Positions 1-9,217 of a stretch of 44,377 nucleotides of DNA are shown here, one piece after another (position 1 is the first letter of the stretch; each line of letters opens with the position of its first letter). This DNA is from Sphingomonas sp. Lineage in GTDB: Bacteria > Pseudomonadota > Alphaproteobacteria > Sphingomonadales > Sphingomonadaceae. The notes under the pieces were generated by a model. It was not told the DNA's origin. It worked only from the letters and a program-made list of their open reading frames with translations, and made no database searches. The position numbers were made by a program, and so were the translations under genes. The stretch is from assembly GCF_019242355.1 (NCBI RefSeq), contig NZ_JAFAVR010000065.1:1-44377 (forward strand), given 5' to 3'.

Positions 1-59
1 AGATGGCCTGGAACCCTAGCCCGGTCGTGGGGGCATGCTCAACGCAAGGGAAAGCCGAC

Positions 60-275
60 AGGCAACGAGGGCTTGTTCATCTCTTTATCCACGGGGATGA
101 ATCCCGTCCCCAGCCTGTGAATCCCGGGTGCGAATCAGGCCGACTCGCGAGGATGCAGAGGGAGGCATCTTGGGCTGCTTGTTGGCAAATGCGGGACCGC
201 TGCCTAAACCCCACTGTCCCCCGCCCAATAACAACATCAAACTTCTTCTAAATATAATAAGAGAAAGAGAAGAGC
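60..275. other. oriC: Probable chromosomal replication origin (oriC), possibly extending left of the window
   Basis: Non-coding region directly upstream of hemE, the Caulobacter/Rickettsia-type origin position, ~5 kb from parS/parAB. DnaA-box-like TTATCCACG (85-93), opposed TCATCCCCG (92-100, minus), CCCCA-core weak boxes (104-112, 205-213), four GANTC sites (99, 119, 132, 142) and an AT-rich tract at 227-275. Confidence 0.75.
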
Positions 276-1346
276 GTGGCCTTCGAGCCTGACGATCCGT
301 CGCGTCCCGGCTTTGCCAAGCCCTTGCTTGCCGTTCTGCGCGGTGAGCGTCGAGACCCTCCGCCGATGTGGTTGATGCGGCAAGCGGGACGCTATCTTCC
401 CGAATATCGCCAGCTGCGTGAGGAGAAGGGCAGCTTCCTGGACCTCGTCTATGACAGCGACGCGGCGGCCGAGGTGACCCTGCAACCGATCGAGCGTTTC
501 CCTGAGTTCGACGCCGCGATCCTGTTTTCCGACATCCTGATCGTGCCCTTCGCTCTGGGGCAGAACCTGACCTTCGTTGCCGGTGAGGGCCCGCGCCTGA
601 CGCCGCCGCTCGCCGTTGCAAAGCTCGAGCAGCTGACGGAATACCCGGCGCGGCTCGAGCCCATCTATGAGACCGTGCGGAAGGTTCGGGAGCGGCTGTC
701 GTCCGAAAAGGCGCTGATTGGGTTCGCTGGAGCGCCTTGGACGGTCGCGACCTACATGGTCGCCGGCCAGGGCAGCCGCGAGCAGGCCGAAGCGCGGCGG
801 TTGGCCTATGGCGACCCCCAGGCATTTGCTGCGATCGTCGAGAGGATCGAGGCGGTGACCTTCGATTATCTGTGCGGTCAGGTCGAGGCTGGGGCCGACG
901 CCGTGCAGCTGTTCGACAGCTGGTCAGGAAGCCTTGCGCCTTCCGAATTCGAACGCTGGGTGATCGCGCCGACCGCGCGGCTGGCCGGGAAGCTTCGATC
1001 ACGCTTCCCGGAGTTGCCCGTTATTGGCTTCCCCAAGGGCGCCGGCGGGAAGATCGCCGCGTATGCGCGCGAGACGGGGGTTAGCGCCGTCGGTCTCGAC
1101 GAGACCGTTGATTCCGTCTGGGCGGACCGTGAGCTACCCTCCGGCCTGCCAGTCCAAGGCAATCTCGATCCGCTGGCGCTGCTCACCGGCGGTGAGCCGT
1201 TGCAATCGGCAGTGCGGCGAATCCTTGACGCCTTCCCGGCGAGGCCACACATCTTCAACCTCGGGCATGGCATCCTTCAGGACACGCCTGTCGCGCATGT
1301 CGAGGAGCTCACTCGACTGGTGAAGGGGGCACAGTGGATCGGCTGA
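276..1346 (+). CDS. hemE: Uroporphyrinogen decarboxylase
   Basis: Motifs PMWLMRQAGRYLPEY, AAILFSDIL, GFAGAPWT, QLFDSW, VQGNLDP, HIFNLGHGI; GTG start. Confidence 0.97.
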   Translation: MAFEPDDPSRPGFAKPLLAVLRGERRDPPPMWLMRQAGRYLPEYRQLREEKGSFLDLVYDSDAAAEVTLQPIERFPEFDAAILFSDILIVPFALGQNLTFVAGEGPRLTPPLAVAKLEQLTEYPARLEPIYETVRKVRERLSSEKALIGFAGAPWTVATYMVAGQGSREQAEARRLAYGDPQAFAAIVERIEAVTFDYLCGQVEAGADAVQLFDSWSGSLAPSEFERWVIAPTARLAGKLRSRFPELPVIGFPKGAGGKIAAYARETGVSAVGLDETVDSVWADRELPSGLPVQGNLDPLALLTGGEPLQSAVRRILDAFPARPHIFNLGHGILQDTPVAHVEELTRLVKGAQWIG

Positions 1347-1786
1347 TCGGATGGCTGGGGCCCGCGCATTACTGGGTGCTCGCCGCGCACATCACCTTCG
1401 TGATCTTCTGGATGGCGGGCCTGTTCCTGCTGCCGCGGCTCTACGTCTACCACCAGGAAGCGCCTGTCGGGTCGCCGGAAGACCGCGCCTGGATCGAGCG
1501 CGAGGCGCGGGTGCGGTCGATCATCCTGACTCCGGCGATGATCATCGTCTGGGTCCTCGGGCTCATGCTGGCCCTCGATATCGGCGCCTGGACGATGGGC
1601 TGGTTTCACGCGAAGCTGCTGCTCGTCATCCTGTTGACAGGTTATCAGGGCTGGCTCGGCGCTTATGGAAAGAGGCTCGCGCAGGGGCAGCGGTCTACAT
1701 CCGGGCGGACGCTTCGGATGCTGAACGAAGTGCCTGGCATCGCTGCGGCGTTGATCGTCGTCCTGGTGGTCATCAAGCCCTTTTAG
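1334..1786 (+). CDS. hemJ: Protoporphyrinogen IX oxidase HemJ (UPF0093/CopD-like membrane protein)
   Basis: AAHITFVIFWMAGLFLLPRLYVYH, WFHAKL, RMLNEVP and C-terminal VVIKPF; located between hemE and rho. Confidence 0.93.
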   Translation: MDRLIGWLGPAHYWVLAAHITFVIFWMAGLFLLPRLYVYHQEAPVGSPEDRAWIEREARVRSIILTPAMIIVWVLGLMLALDIGAWTMGWFHAKLLLVILLTGYQGWLGAYGKRLAQGQRSTSGRTLRMLNEVPGIAAALIVVLVVIKPF

Positions 1787-1831
1787 CTTGCTCGGGCAAT
1801 CGCATTTCCGGCGACGGATCGACGAGGCTGA

Positions 1832-1860
1832 TTGACAGCGCGGCTGCGCAACCATACGTC
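1832..1860 (+). promoter_or_regulatory. Putative sigma70 promoter of rho
   Basis: TTGACA (1832-1837), 17 nt, TACGTC (1855-1860); implies a ~140-nt leader before the rho ATG. Confidence 0.65.
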
Positions 1861-2005
1861 CGACTCAAGACGGCTGTTCGGCCAGTTCTTCCTTTTCGCC
1901 GGCTGCTGCGTCCTTCCAAGCGGCGTCCTGCCGCGCTTTCCAGAAGCGTTCCTGTCGGTCGGCCGCGCCAGAAATCCCTCCGAAATTCCCAGAAAAGATC
2001 AATCT

Positions 2006-3262
2006 ATGCATTTGAAAGACTTGAAGAAAAAGACGCCCGCTGAACTCGTTGCAATGGCCGAGGAGATGGGTGTCGAGGGCGCTTCCACGCTCCGCAAGCA
2101 GGACCTGATGTTCTCCATCCTAAAGGTTCAGGCTGAGAATGGCGTCGAAATCATGGGCGCCGGCACCATTGAGGTGCTGAACGATGGCTTCGGCTTCCTC
2201 AGGAGCCCTGAGGCGAATTATCTCGCTGGTCCGGACGACATTTATGTCGCGCCGTCGATCGTCCGGCGCTTCGGTCTTCGCACCGGCGATACCGTCGAGG
2301 GCGAGATCCGTGGGCCCAAGGAGGGTGAGCGCTATTTCGCCCTGACTCGCGTTACGACCATCAATTTCGACGATCCCGACCAGGTCCGGCACCGCGTCAA
2401 CTTCGACAATCTGACGCCCCTTTACCCTGACAGGAAGCTTCGCCTCGATACGCTTGATCCGACGATCAAGGACAAGTCGGCGCGGGTGATCGACATCGTC
2501 GCTCCGCTCGGCAAGGGTCAGCGCGCGCTGATCGTCGCTCCGCCGCGGACCGGCAAGACGGTTTTGCTGCAGAACATCGCTCGCGCGATCACCGACAACA
2601 ATCCGGAAGTTTTCCTGATCGTTCTGCTCATCGACGAGCGGCCGGAAGAGGTCACCGACATGCAGCGCTCGGTCCAGGGCGAGGTGATCTCCTCGACCTT
2701 CGACGAGCCCGCGTCGCGCCACGTCCAGGTTGCTGAAATGGTGATCGAGAAGGCCAAGCGCCTCGTCGAGCATAAGAAGGATGTCGTCATCCTCCTCGAC
2801 TCGATCACCCGTCTCGGCCGTGCCTACAACACGGTGGTGCCGAGCTCCGGCAAGGTTCTGACTGGCGGTGTTGACGCCAACGCACTGCAGAGGCCGAAGC
2901 GCTTCTTCGGTGCGGCGCGCAACATTGAGGAGGGTGGGTCCCTATCGATTATCGCGACTGCGCTGATCGATACCGGTTCCAAGATGGACGAGGTTATCTT
3001 CGAGGAGTTCAAGGGCACCGGCAACAGCGAGATCGTGCTCGACCGCAAGGTTTCCGACAAGCGCATCTTCCCATCGCTGGACGTCGGCAAGTCCGGTACC
3101 CGCAAGGAAGAGCTGCTTGTCGAGCAGGCGACGCTCACCAAGATGTGGGTGCTGCGCCGGATCCTCATGCAGATGGGAACCGTCGACGCGATGCAGTTCC
3201 TGCTCGACAAGATGAAGGATGCCAAGTCGAATGAGGATTTCTTCGCGTCGATGAATCAGTAA
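2006..3262 (+). CDS. rho: Transcription termination factor Rho (418 aa)
   Basis: Start moved to ATG 2006 (MHLKDLKKK). Motifs [22 protein letters not shown], Walker [39 protein letters not shown]. Confidence 0.98.
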   Translation: MHLKDLKKKTPAELVAMAEEMGVEGASTLRKQDLMFSILKVQAENGVEIMGAGTIEVLNDGFGFLRSPEANYLAGPDDIYVAPSIVRRFGLRTGDTVEGEIRGPKEGERYFALTRVTTINFDDPDQVRHRVNFDNLTPLYPDRKLRLDTLDPTIKDKSARVIDIVAPLGKGQRALIVAPPRTGKTVLLQNIARAITDNNPEVFLIVLLIDERPEEVTDMQRSVQGEVISSTFDEPASRHVQVAEMVIEKAKRLVEHKKDVVILLDSITRLGRAYNTVVPSSGKVLTGGVDANALQRPKRFFGAARNIEEGGSLSIIATALIDTGSKMDEVIFEEFKGTGNSEIVLDRKVSDKRIFPSLDVGKSGTRKEELLVEQATLTKMWVLRRILMQMGTVDAMQFLLDKMKDAKSNEDFFASMNQ

Positions 3263-3272
3263 GGGGGCGGCC

Positions 3273-3917
3273 GTGCCGCATGGCATGCTCGACTTCGCGG
3301 AACTGCTGACGCCCGTTGGGCTCGCCGTGCTTGCGCAGGTTATCCTGATCGACCTGACCATGGCCGGCGACAATGTCGTCATCATCGGGACACTGACTTC
3401 GGGACTGCCGCCGCGAGATCGGCGGCGGGTAATCATGCTCGGGGTCGCAATTGCGGTCGTGTTCCTCATTGGATTCGCGTTGGTCGCGACTCAGCTGTTG
3501 AAAATCAAAGGCTTGCTGCTTGCCGGCGGTCTGCTTTTGCTGGTTGTCGCCTACAACATGTTCCGCGAGCTCCGCAGAGGGAAGGACGTACCTGCCGACG
3601 ATCCCACAACGCCCGCTATTGAGGGGCCTGCCCGAAGCAAGACATTCCTTCAGGCAGCGATCCAGATCACCCTCGCCGACCTGTCGATGAGCCTCGACAA
3701 CGTGCTTGCGGTCGCTGCGGCGGCGCGCGAGCACCCCGCAGTGCTGTTCGTGGGGCTGGTCCTGTCGGTGACGTTCATGGGCGTCGCGGCCAGTTTTGTT
3801 GCGCGGTTGGTTCACCGCTTTCCGCTGCTTGCCTGGGCTGGACTGGCGATGATCCTGTACGTCGCAGTAAAGATGGTCTGGGAGGGGTGGCACGACGTCG
3901 CGCCGCTGCTTGCCTGA
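3273..3917 (+). CDS. TerC/YjbE-family membrane protein (putative metal transport)
   Basis: IDLTMAGDNVVII and ADLSMSLDNVLAVA repeats with multiple TM helices. Alternative start ATG 3285. Confidence 0.88.
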   Translation: MPHGMLDFAELLTPVGLAVLAQVILIDLTMAGDNVVIIGTLTSGLPPRDRRRVIMLGVAIAVVFLIGFALVATQLLKIKGLLLAGGLLLLVVAYNMFRELRRGKDVPADDPTTPAIEGPARSKTFLQAAIQITLADLSMSLDNVLAVAAAAREHPAVLFVGLVLSVTFMGVAASFVARLVHRFPLLAWAGLAMILYVAVKMVWEGWHDVAPLLA

Positions 3918-3929
3918 GGGCAGCGGGCC

Positions 3930-5213
3930 ATGCGCACCCTGGACACCATCTTCGCTTTGTCGAGCGGGCGACCGCCTGCCGCCGTCGGCCTGATTCGGAT
4001 CAGCGGGCCTCAGGCGCATGCCGCGGCGAGTCGGATCGCCGGTGACCTGCCCGTGCCACGCGTCGCTTCTGTTCGTGAGCTCCGTGACCCGGCGACGGAT
4101 GAGCTTCTCGACCAGGCGCTCGTGCTGCGTTTCAACGGGCCCGCCAGCGCAACCGGAGAGGACGTGGTCGAATTCCACTGCCACGGCGGCCGAGCCGTCG
4201 TCGAAGTCGTGCTGTCCCGTCTCGCCGCGATCGATGGGCTTCGGCAGGCGCGGCCGGGCGAGTTTACACGCCGCGCGTTCGAGAGTGGGCGCATCGACCT
4301 CTCGGAAGCCGAGGGCCTCGCGGACCTTCTCGAGGCAGAGACCGAAAGCCAGCGCAAGGCAGCGCTAGCCATCGCCGAGGGCGGGCTCCGGCGCCAGATC
4401 GAGCAGTGGCAGGCCAGGCTCCTGGAACTGTCGGCGATCGCGGAGCTGGCGATCGATTATGACGACGTGGACGAGGCACTGGACCCCGAATTTATCGCCA
4501 GCTGTGACGCCTTGGCGTCAGATCTTGAGCAGTGGCTGTGCCGTCCTCGCGTTGAGCCGCTTAAGGACGGCCTGCTGATCGTCGTCGCCGGTCCGCCGAA
4601 CGCGGGCAAGTCAAGTTTGGTGAATCTCGTAGCGGGCGAGGAGCGCTCGATCGTGACCGATGTTCCAGGTACGACGCGGGACCATATCGAGGTACCCTTG
4701 TCGATCGCAGGCATTCCGGTGCGACTTACGGACACGGCCGGCCTCCGCGCGGCCGAGGACGAGCCTGAGGCAATCGGCGTTGAACGCGCGAGGAGCTTGC
4801 TCAAGATTGCCGATATCGTCGTCTGGCTCGGAGCTGCAACGGAGGCGCCTGTCCACCCTAGGCTCGTGCTCGTTCACGCGAAGGCCGACCTGGCTGGGCG
4901 CGAGGAAGTACCGGCGGGCATGATTCCGGTCTCTGCCTTGACGGGCGCGGGCGTTGCCGCCTTGCTTGAGCGGCTCGCGGAGTTGGCAGGGACGATTTTG
5001 CCGGGCGAAGGCGCGATCGCCTTGAACCGGCGGCAGGCAGACCTGATCGGCGCAGCGCAGCGATCACTCCGCGCTGCCGCCTGCGCGACCGAGCTTTCGA
5101 TCTTGGCGGAAGAGTTGCGACATGCCCGCAGCGCCTTCGATCGTCTGACTGGCCGCGCCGGCGTCGAAAATGTCCTCGACGCGCTATTCGCGCGATTCTG
5201 CCTGGGCAAATAG
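3930..5213 (+). CDS. mnmE: tRNA modification GTPase MnmE (TrmE)
   Basis: DTIFALSSG, TGEDVVEFHCHGG, PGEFTRRAF, G1 GPPNAGKS, G2 PGTTRD, G3 DTAG, C-terminal FCLGK. Confidence 0.97.
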   Translation: MRTLDTIFALSSGRPPAAVGLIRISGPQAHAAASRIAGDLPVPRVASVRELRDPATDELLDQALVLRFNGPASATGEDVVEFHCHGGRAVVEVVLSRLAAIDGLRQARPGEFTRRAFESGRIDLSEAEGLADLLEAETESQRKAALAIAEGGLRRQIEQWQARLLELSAIAELAIDYDDVDEALDPEFIASCDALASDLEQWLCRPRVEPLKDGLLIVVAGPPNAGKSSLVNLVAGEERSIVTDVPGTTRDHIEVPLSIAGIPVRLTDTAGLRAAEDEPEAIGVERARSLLKIADIVVWLGAATEAPVHPRLVLVHAKADLAGREEVPAGMIPVSALTGAGVAALLERLAELAGTILPGEGAIALNRRQADLIGAAQRSLRAAACATELSILAEELRHARSAFDRLTGRAGVENVLDALFARFCLGK

Positions 5214-5227
5214 TTTCACGTGGAACA
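5212..5227. other. parS: parS centromere site 1
   Basis: AGTTTCACGTGGAACA matches TGTTNCACGTGNAACA; overlaps the mnmE stop codon. Confidence 0.88.
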
Positions 5228-5249
5228 TGCCTAGTCTAAGAGCCCCCTG

Positions 5250-6932
5250 ATGCACGACGTTCTTGTGATCGGCGCTGGCCACGCGGGCTGCGAAGCTGCT
5301 GCAGCAGCAGCGCGTCGGGGTGCGCGCGTGGGCCTTCTAAGCTTTCGCCCGGACGACGTCGGTAAGATGTCATGCAACCCGTCGATCGGAGGGGTGGGCA
5401 AAGGCCATCTCGTCCGTGAACTTGACGTGTTCGATGGGCTCATGGCCCGTGCAGCGGACCGAGCGGCGATCCACCGCCGCATGCTCAATCGGAGCAAGGG
5501 GCCGGCGGTCTGGGGTCCCCGAATTCAAGCTGACCGCAAGCTATATCGGCGCGCGGTTGCCGACTTACTCGCCGCAAGCGATGTCGAGTTGCTCCCGGCT
5601 GAAGCGCTACGCGTGGTGCAAACCCGCGGTCGCGTAACGGGGCTCGAGACGAGCGTAGGCGCGGTAGGATGTCACGCGATTGTGATCGCAACCGGCACGT
5701 TTCTCGATGCCCGGATGTTCCTGGGTAACGAAGTGGTCGCGGGCGGCAGGTGGGGTGAAACTTCGTCTGCGGTCCTGGCACAACAGATTCGAGAGATCGG
5801 TCTGGCTGAAGGACGTCTAAAGACTGGCACTCCGCCGCGGCTTGACGGCCGGACGATCGATTGGGCGCGCCTCGAGGAGCAGTCAAGCGATAGCGAGGCG
5901 TGGACCATGTCGGCCCTCGATGAAGGCGTGCGGCAGCCTCAGATACGTTGCGCAATCACGCGCACAAATGAAAAATCGCATTCAATCATTCGGCGAAACT
6001 TTGATCACTCGCCGCTGTTCGGTGGCGCTATCCAAGGTCGCGGCCCGCGCTATTGCCCATCGATCGAGGATAAGGTTCGCCGATTCGCGGAACGGGATTC
6101 GCACCAGATCTTCCTCGAGCCTGAAGGATTGAGCGATCATCTGGTCTATCCCAATGGCATTTCGACTTCGCTGCCGGCGGACGTCCAACTCGACTTCCTT
6201 CGCAGTGTCGAAGGCCTGGAAACCGTAGAGATGGTGCGAGCGGGCTACGCGGTCGAATACGAGTATGTCGACGCCCGCCGGCTCGGCTCAACGCTCGAGG
6301 TTCGCGACGTTCCGGGGTTGTTCCTCGCTGGGCAGATCAACGGCACTACGGGCTATGAAGAAGCGGCCGCGCAAGGGCTCGCTGCGGGCCTGAACGCCGC
6401 CGCGCACGCTCTGCACCTCGCTCCTGTGCGGTTTGACCGACAGCAAAGTTATATAGGCGTAATGATCGACGACCTCACGATCCAGGGGGTCACGGAGCCA
6501 TACCGGATGTTGACCGCTCGCGCCGAGCACCGGTTAGCCCTACGCGCCGACAATGCCACGTCCCGCCTCGGGCAAGCGGCGTTAGAGGCTGATTGCGTAT
6601 CGCAAGACCGCCGTGCGCATATTATCATGCATCAGCGGCGGCGCTCGTTACCAGCTTGGGCCGAGACGCAGGAAGGGCAAGCGGACGCGCTCTATTCGCC
6701 CTACGTTGGAAGGCAGCAGCGTGAGTGGGACGCGCTTTCCGGTGATCGGGCCTTGGTACTCGGTCCGCTGATCGACTATCGCCGCGTTCCTGGTCTTTCA
6801 ACGGAGATGGCCGAGAGGCTAGAGCATGCGCGGCCCGAGACGCTTAACCAGGCATCGCGCGTCCCCGGCGTTACGCCGGCTGCGTTGTCGGCGCTGTATG
6901 TAGCCGCCGGAGCGTCCGGAAAGACCGCGTGA
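5250..6932 (+). CDS. mnmG: tRNA uridine 5-carboxymethylaminomethyl modification enzyme MnmG (GidA), 560 aa
   Basis: [67 protein letters not shown]. Confidence 0.97.
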   Translation: MHDVLVIGAGHAGCEAAAAAARRGARVGLLSFRPDDVGKMSCNPSIGGVGKGHLVRELDVFDGLMARAADRAAIHRRMLNRSKGPAVWGPRIQADRKLYRRAVADLLAASDVELLPAEALRVVQTRGRVTGLETSVGAVGCHAIVIATGTFLDARMFLGNEVVAGGRWGETSSAVLAQQIREIGLAEGRLKTGTPPRLDGRTIDWARLEEQSSDSEAWTMSALDEGVRQPQIRCAITRTNEKSHSIIRRNFDHSPLFGGAIQGRGPRYCPSIEDKVRRFAERDSHQIFLEPEGLSDHLVYPNGISTSLPADVQLDFLRSVEGLETVEMVRAGYAVEYEYVDARRLGSTLEVRDVPGLFLAGQINGTTGYEEAAAQGLAAGLNAAAHALHLAPVRFDRQQSYIGVMIDDLTIQGVTEPYRMLTARAEHRLALRADNATSRLGQAALEADCVSQDRRAHIIMHQRRRSLPAWAETQEGQADALYSPYVGRQQREWDALSGDRALVLGPLIDYRRVPGLSTEMAERLEHARPETLNQASRVPGVTPAALSALYVAAGASGKTA

Positions 6933-7537
6933 TCGACGAGCTCACGAAGGCCGCCGGACGGCCCGTTTCACGTGAAACACTCGAGAAAATCGAGCGATAT
7001 GCCCATCTGCTCCGCGAGGAGAGTTCGCGCCAAAACCTTGTGTCCAGTGCAACCCTAGACACTCTATGGGAACGGCATGTGCTCGATTCGGCACAGCTTT
7101 GCCGGTACGAAACGCGGCCCGAAGCGTCGTGGCTCGACATCGGGTCCGGGGCAGGATTCCCGGGAATCGTGATCGCATGTATTGTCGCGGGGCGTTGCAC
7201 GTTATTGGAACCGCGGCGACTGCGCGCGGAGTTTCTCCACAGGGTCGTCGATTCGCTGCGACTCGAAGCGGAGGTTCTCTGTAGCAAAGCCGAACACGTG
7301 AGCGGCAAATATGACCTTATAACTTCGCGCGCCGTCGCTCCGCTGGCTAAGCTGCTCGGAATATCCCAGCATCTGTCCACAAGAAAGACACGGTGGGTGC
7401 TTCCCAAGGGACGAGGCGCGTTATCCGAACTGGCCGAAGCGAAGCGGACGTGGCAAGGTATGTTCCACGTGGAACGAAGTGTCACTGACGCGCAGTCGTT
7501 CATCGTTGTCGGGAAAGGGGTGAGGGCGAAGACATGA
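6929..7537 (+). CDS. rsmG: 16S rRNA m7G527 methyltransferase RsmG (GidB)
   Basis: [17 protein letters not shown] motif [22 protein letters not shown]; sits between mnmG and parA with GTGA/ATGA overlaps. Confidence 0.95.
   Translation: MIDELTKAAGRPVSRETLEKIERYAHLLREESSRQNLVSSATLDTLWERHVLDSAQLCRYETRPEASWLDIGSGAGFPGIVIACIVAGRCTLLEPRRLRAEFLHRVVDSLRLEAEVLCSKAEHVSGKYDLITSRAVAPLAKLLGISQHLSTRKTRWVLPKGRGALSELAEAKRTWQGMFHVERSVTDAQSFIVVGKGVRAKT
6964..6979. other. parS: parS centromere site 2 (inside rsmG)
   Basis: CGTTTCACGTGAAACA, near-perfect consensus; encodes VSRET. Confidence 0.92.
7461..7476. other. parS: parS centromere site 3 (inside rsmG)
   Basis: TGTTCCACGTGGAACG; encodes MFHVER. Confidence 0.88.
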
Positions 7538-8316
7538 TCCGCATCGCGATCGCGAACCAGAAGGGCGGCGTCGGGAAGACCACCACCGCCATTAACCTCG
7601 CCACAGCGCTTGCGGCAATCGGATCCCGGGTGCTCCTGATTGATCTGGATCCGCAGGGTAATGCTTCCACAGGCGTGGGCGTTGGAGCTTCAGCTCGCGC
7701 TCGGTCGAGCTACGACGTCCTGATCGGACGAGCCGGCGTTGTTGAAAGCGCAATGCCGACGCGGGTCCCCCGCCTCGATCTGTTGCCAGCAACCGTCGAT
7801 CTTTCGGGCGCCGAGGTGGAGATGGTCGAGCTTGTAGACCGGGCGCGTCGGCTGGAGCGCGCGCTGGTCGTCGTTCCCGAGGGCCGTTGGGATATATGCC
7901 TGATCGACTGTCCGCCGTCGCTCGGTCTTCTCACCGTCAATGCACTGGTCGCCGCGCAGCACCTGCTCGTGCCGCTCCAGTGCGAATTCTTTGCCCTGGA
8001 AGGGCTGAGCCAGCTGCTTCAAACGGTCGATCGGATACGATCGTCGTTCAACTCTCATCTGTCGATCCTGGGCGTGGCGCTGACGATGTTTGACCGGCGT
8101 AACAACCTGTCCCAGGCCGTTTCGGAGGATGTCCGTGCCTGCCTTGGCGATGCCGTTTTCGAGACAGTCGTGCCGCGCAACGTACGCCTATCCGAAGCGC
8201 CGAGTCATGGGCTGCCGGCGCTGATTTACGATCTGCGGTGTCCGGGATCGGAAGCCTACATCAATCTTGCCCGCGAGTTGATTCGGCGGTGCCCGCAACT
8301 GGCGGAGGCGGCATGA
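7534..8316 (+). CDS. parA: Chromosome partitioning ATPase ParA
   Basis: Deviant Walker A NQKGGVGKTT, LIDLDPQGNAS, IDCPPSLG, PLQCEFFALEG, VPRNVRLSEAPSHG. Confidence 0.97.
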   Translation: MIRIAIANQKGGVGKTTTAINLATALAAIGSRVLLIDLDPQGNASTGVGVGASARARSSYDVLIGRAGVVESAMPTRVPRLDLLPATVDLSGAEVEMVELVDRARRLERALVVVPEGRWDICLIDCPPSLGLLTVNALVAAQHLLVPLQCEFFALEGLSQLLQTVDRIRSSFNSHLSILGVALTMFDRRNNLSQAVSEDVRACLGDAVFETVVPRNVRLSEAPSHGLPALIYDLRCPGSEAYINLARELIRRCPQLAEAA

Positions 8317-9206
8317 GCAGCGAGCGTCCGAACCGTGGGCTAGGGATGGGCCTCTCCGCGCTTCTCGGCGAAGCAGCTCGGCCGGGCGGGAGCTCAGCCG
8401 AACAGGATCGCGGCGTGCGAGAAATTGAGATCGCGCGTATCCGACGCAATCCGAACCAGCCTCGCACCTATTTCGACGAGGCCGCGCTCGACGAATTGTC
8501 TAAGTCGATTGCGGCTCGGGGAGTTCTGCAGCCGATCTTGGTCCGGCCGGTCGAAGAAGACGGATTCGAAATCGTCGCCGGCGAGCGACGCTGGCGAGCG
8601 GCACAGCTGGCACAGCTTCATGCCATTCCTGCGATCGTCCGCGACATAGACGATGCGTCGACCGCAGAGATCGCGCTGATCGAGAACGTCCAGCGACAGG
8701 ATCTCAACGCCATTGAGGAAGCCGAGGGCTACCGCCAACTGATCGAGCAGTTCGGCCACACCCAGGACGATGTCGGCCGCATCGTGCACAAGTCGAGGAG
8801 CCACGTTGCCAACCTGCTCCGGCTGCTGGACTTGCCCGAATTCGTGCGTCAGGCGCTGGTCCGTGGTGAGATCAGCATGGGCCACGCGCGTGCGATTGCC
8901 TCGGCGGAAGACCCGGAGGGCCTGACGCGTGAGATCATCGCGCAGGGACTTTCGGTTCGCGAAGCGGAAAGGCTCGCTCAGAAGGCGCGACCCGGGATTG
9001 CTGACGCGATCGGCCGCGCCAGTGCCCGCAACGCCGCGAAGGCGGCCAACGCCGACCTCGAAGCGCTGCAGCGGCAGCTCGGCGACCTGCTCGGCCTGCG
9101 GGTCAAGGTCCACCATCATGGCAACAGCGGCAGCGTACTGCTCCATTACAGCACGCTCGATCAGCTCGACATGATCTGCCAGCGGCTGTCGGGCGAGCCG
9201 ATCTGA
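8313..9206 (+). CDS. parB: Chromosome partitioning CTPase ParB
   Basis: Start at the ATGA overlap with parA. NPNQPR, GVLQPI, arginine patch AGERRWRA, ALIENVQR, HTH KSRSHVANLLRLL. Confidence 0.97.
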   Translation: MSSERPNRGLGMGLSALLGEAARPGGSSAEQDRGVREIEIARIRRNPNQPRTYFDEAALDELSKSIAARGVLQPILVRPVEEDGFEIVAGERRWRAAQLAQLHAIPAIVRDIDDASTAEIALIENVQRQDLNAIEEAEGYRQLIEQFGHTQDDVGRIVHKSRSHVANLLRLLDLPEFVRQALVRGEISMGHARAIASAEDPEGLTREIIAQGLSVREAERLAQKARPGIADAIGRASARNAAKAANADLEALQRQLGDLLGLRVKVHHHGNSGSVLLHYSTLDQLDMICQRLSGEPI

Positions 9207-9217
9207 TACGCTGTCTG

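Noticed and set aside
3-251. 82-aa ORF upstream of hemE
   Set aside because: Covers the origin-like motifs and AT tract and shows no protein-like features.
1832-2005. 58-aa N-terminal extension of Rho, and similar extensions of parB, holA, ribA, hemC, hemD, tsaD and purH in the ORF track
   Set aside because: The extensions overlap promoters or neighbouring genes; family-typical N-termini and stop/start overlaps indicate downstream starts.
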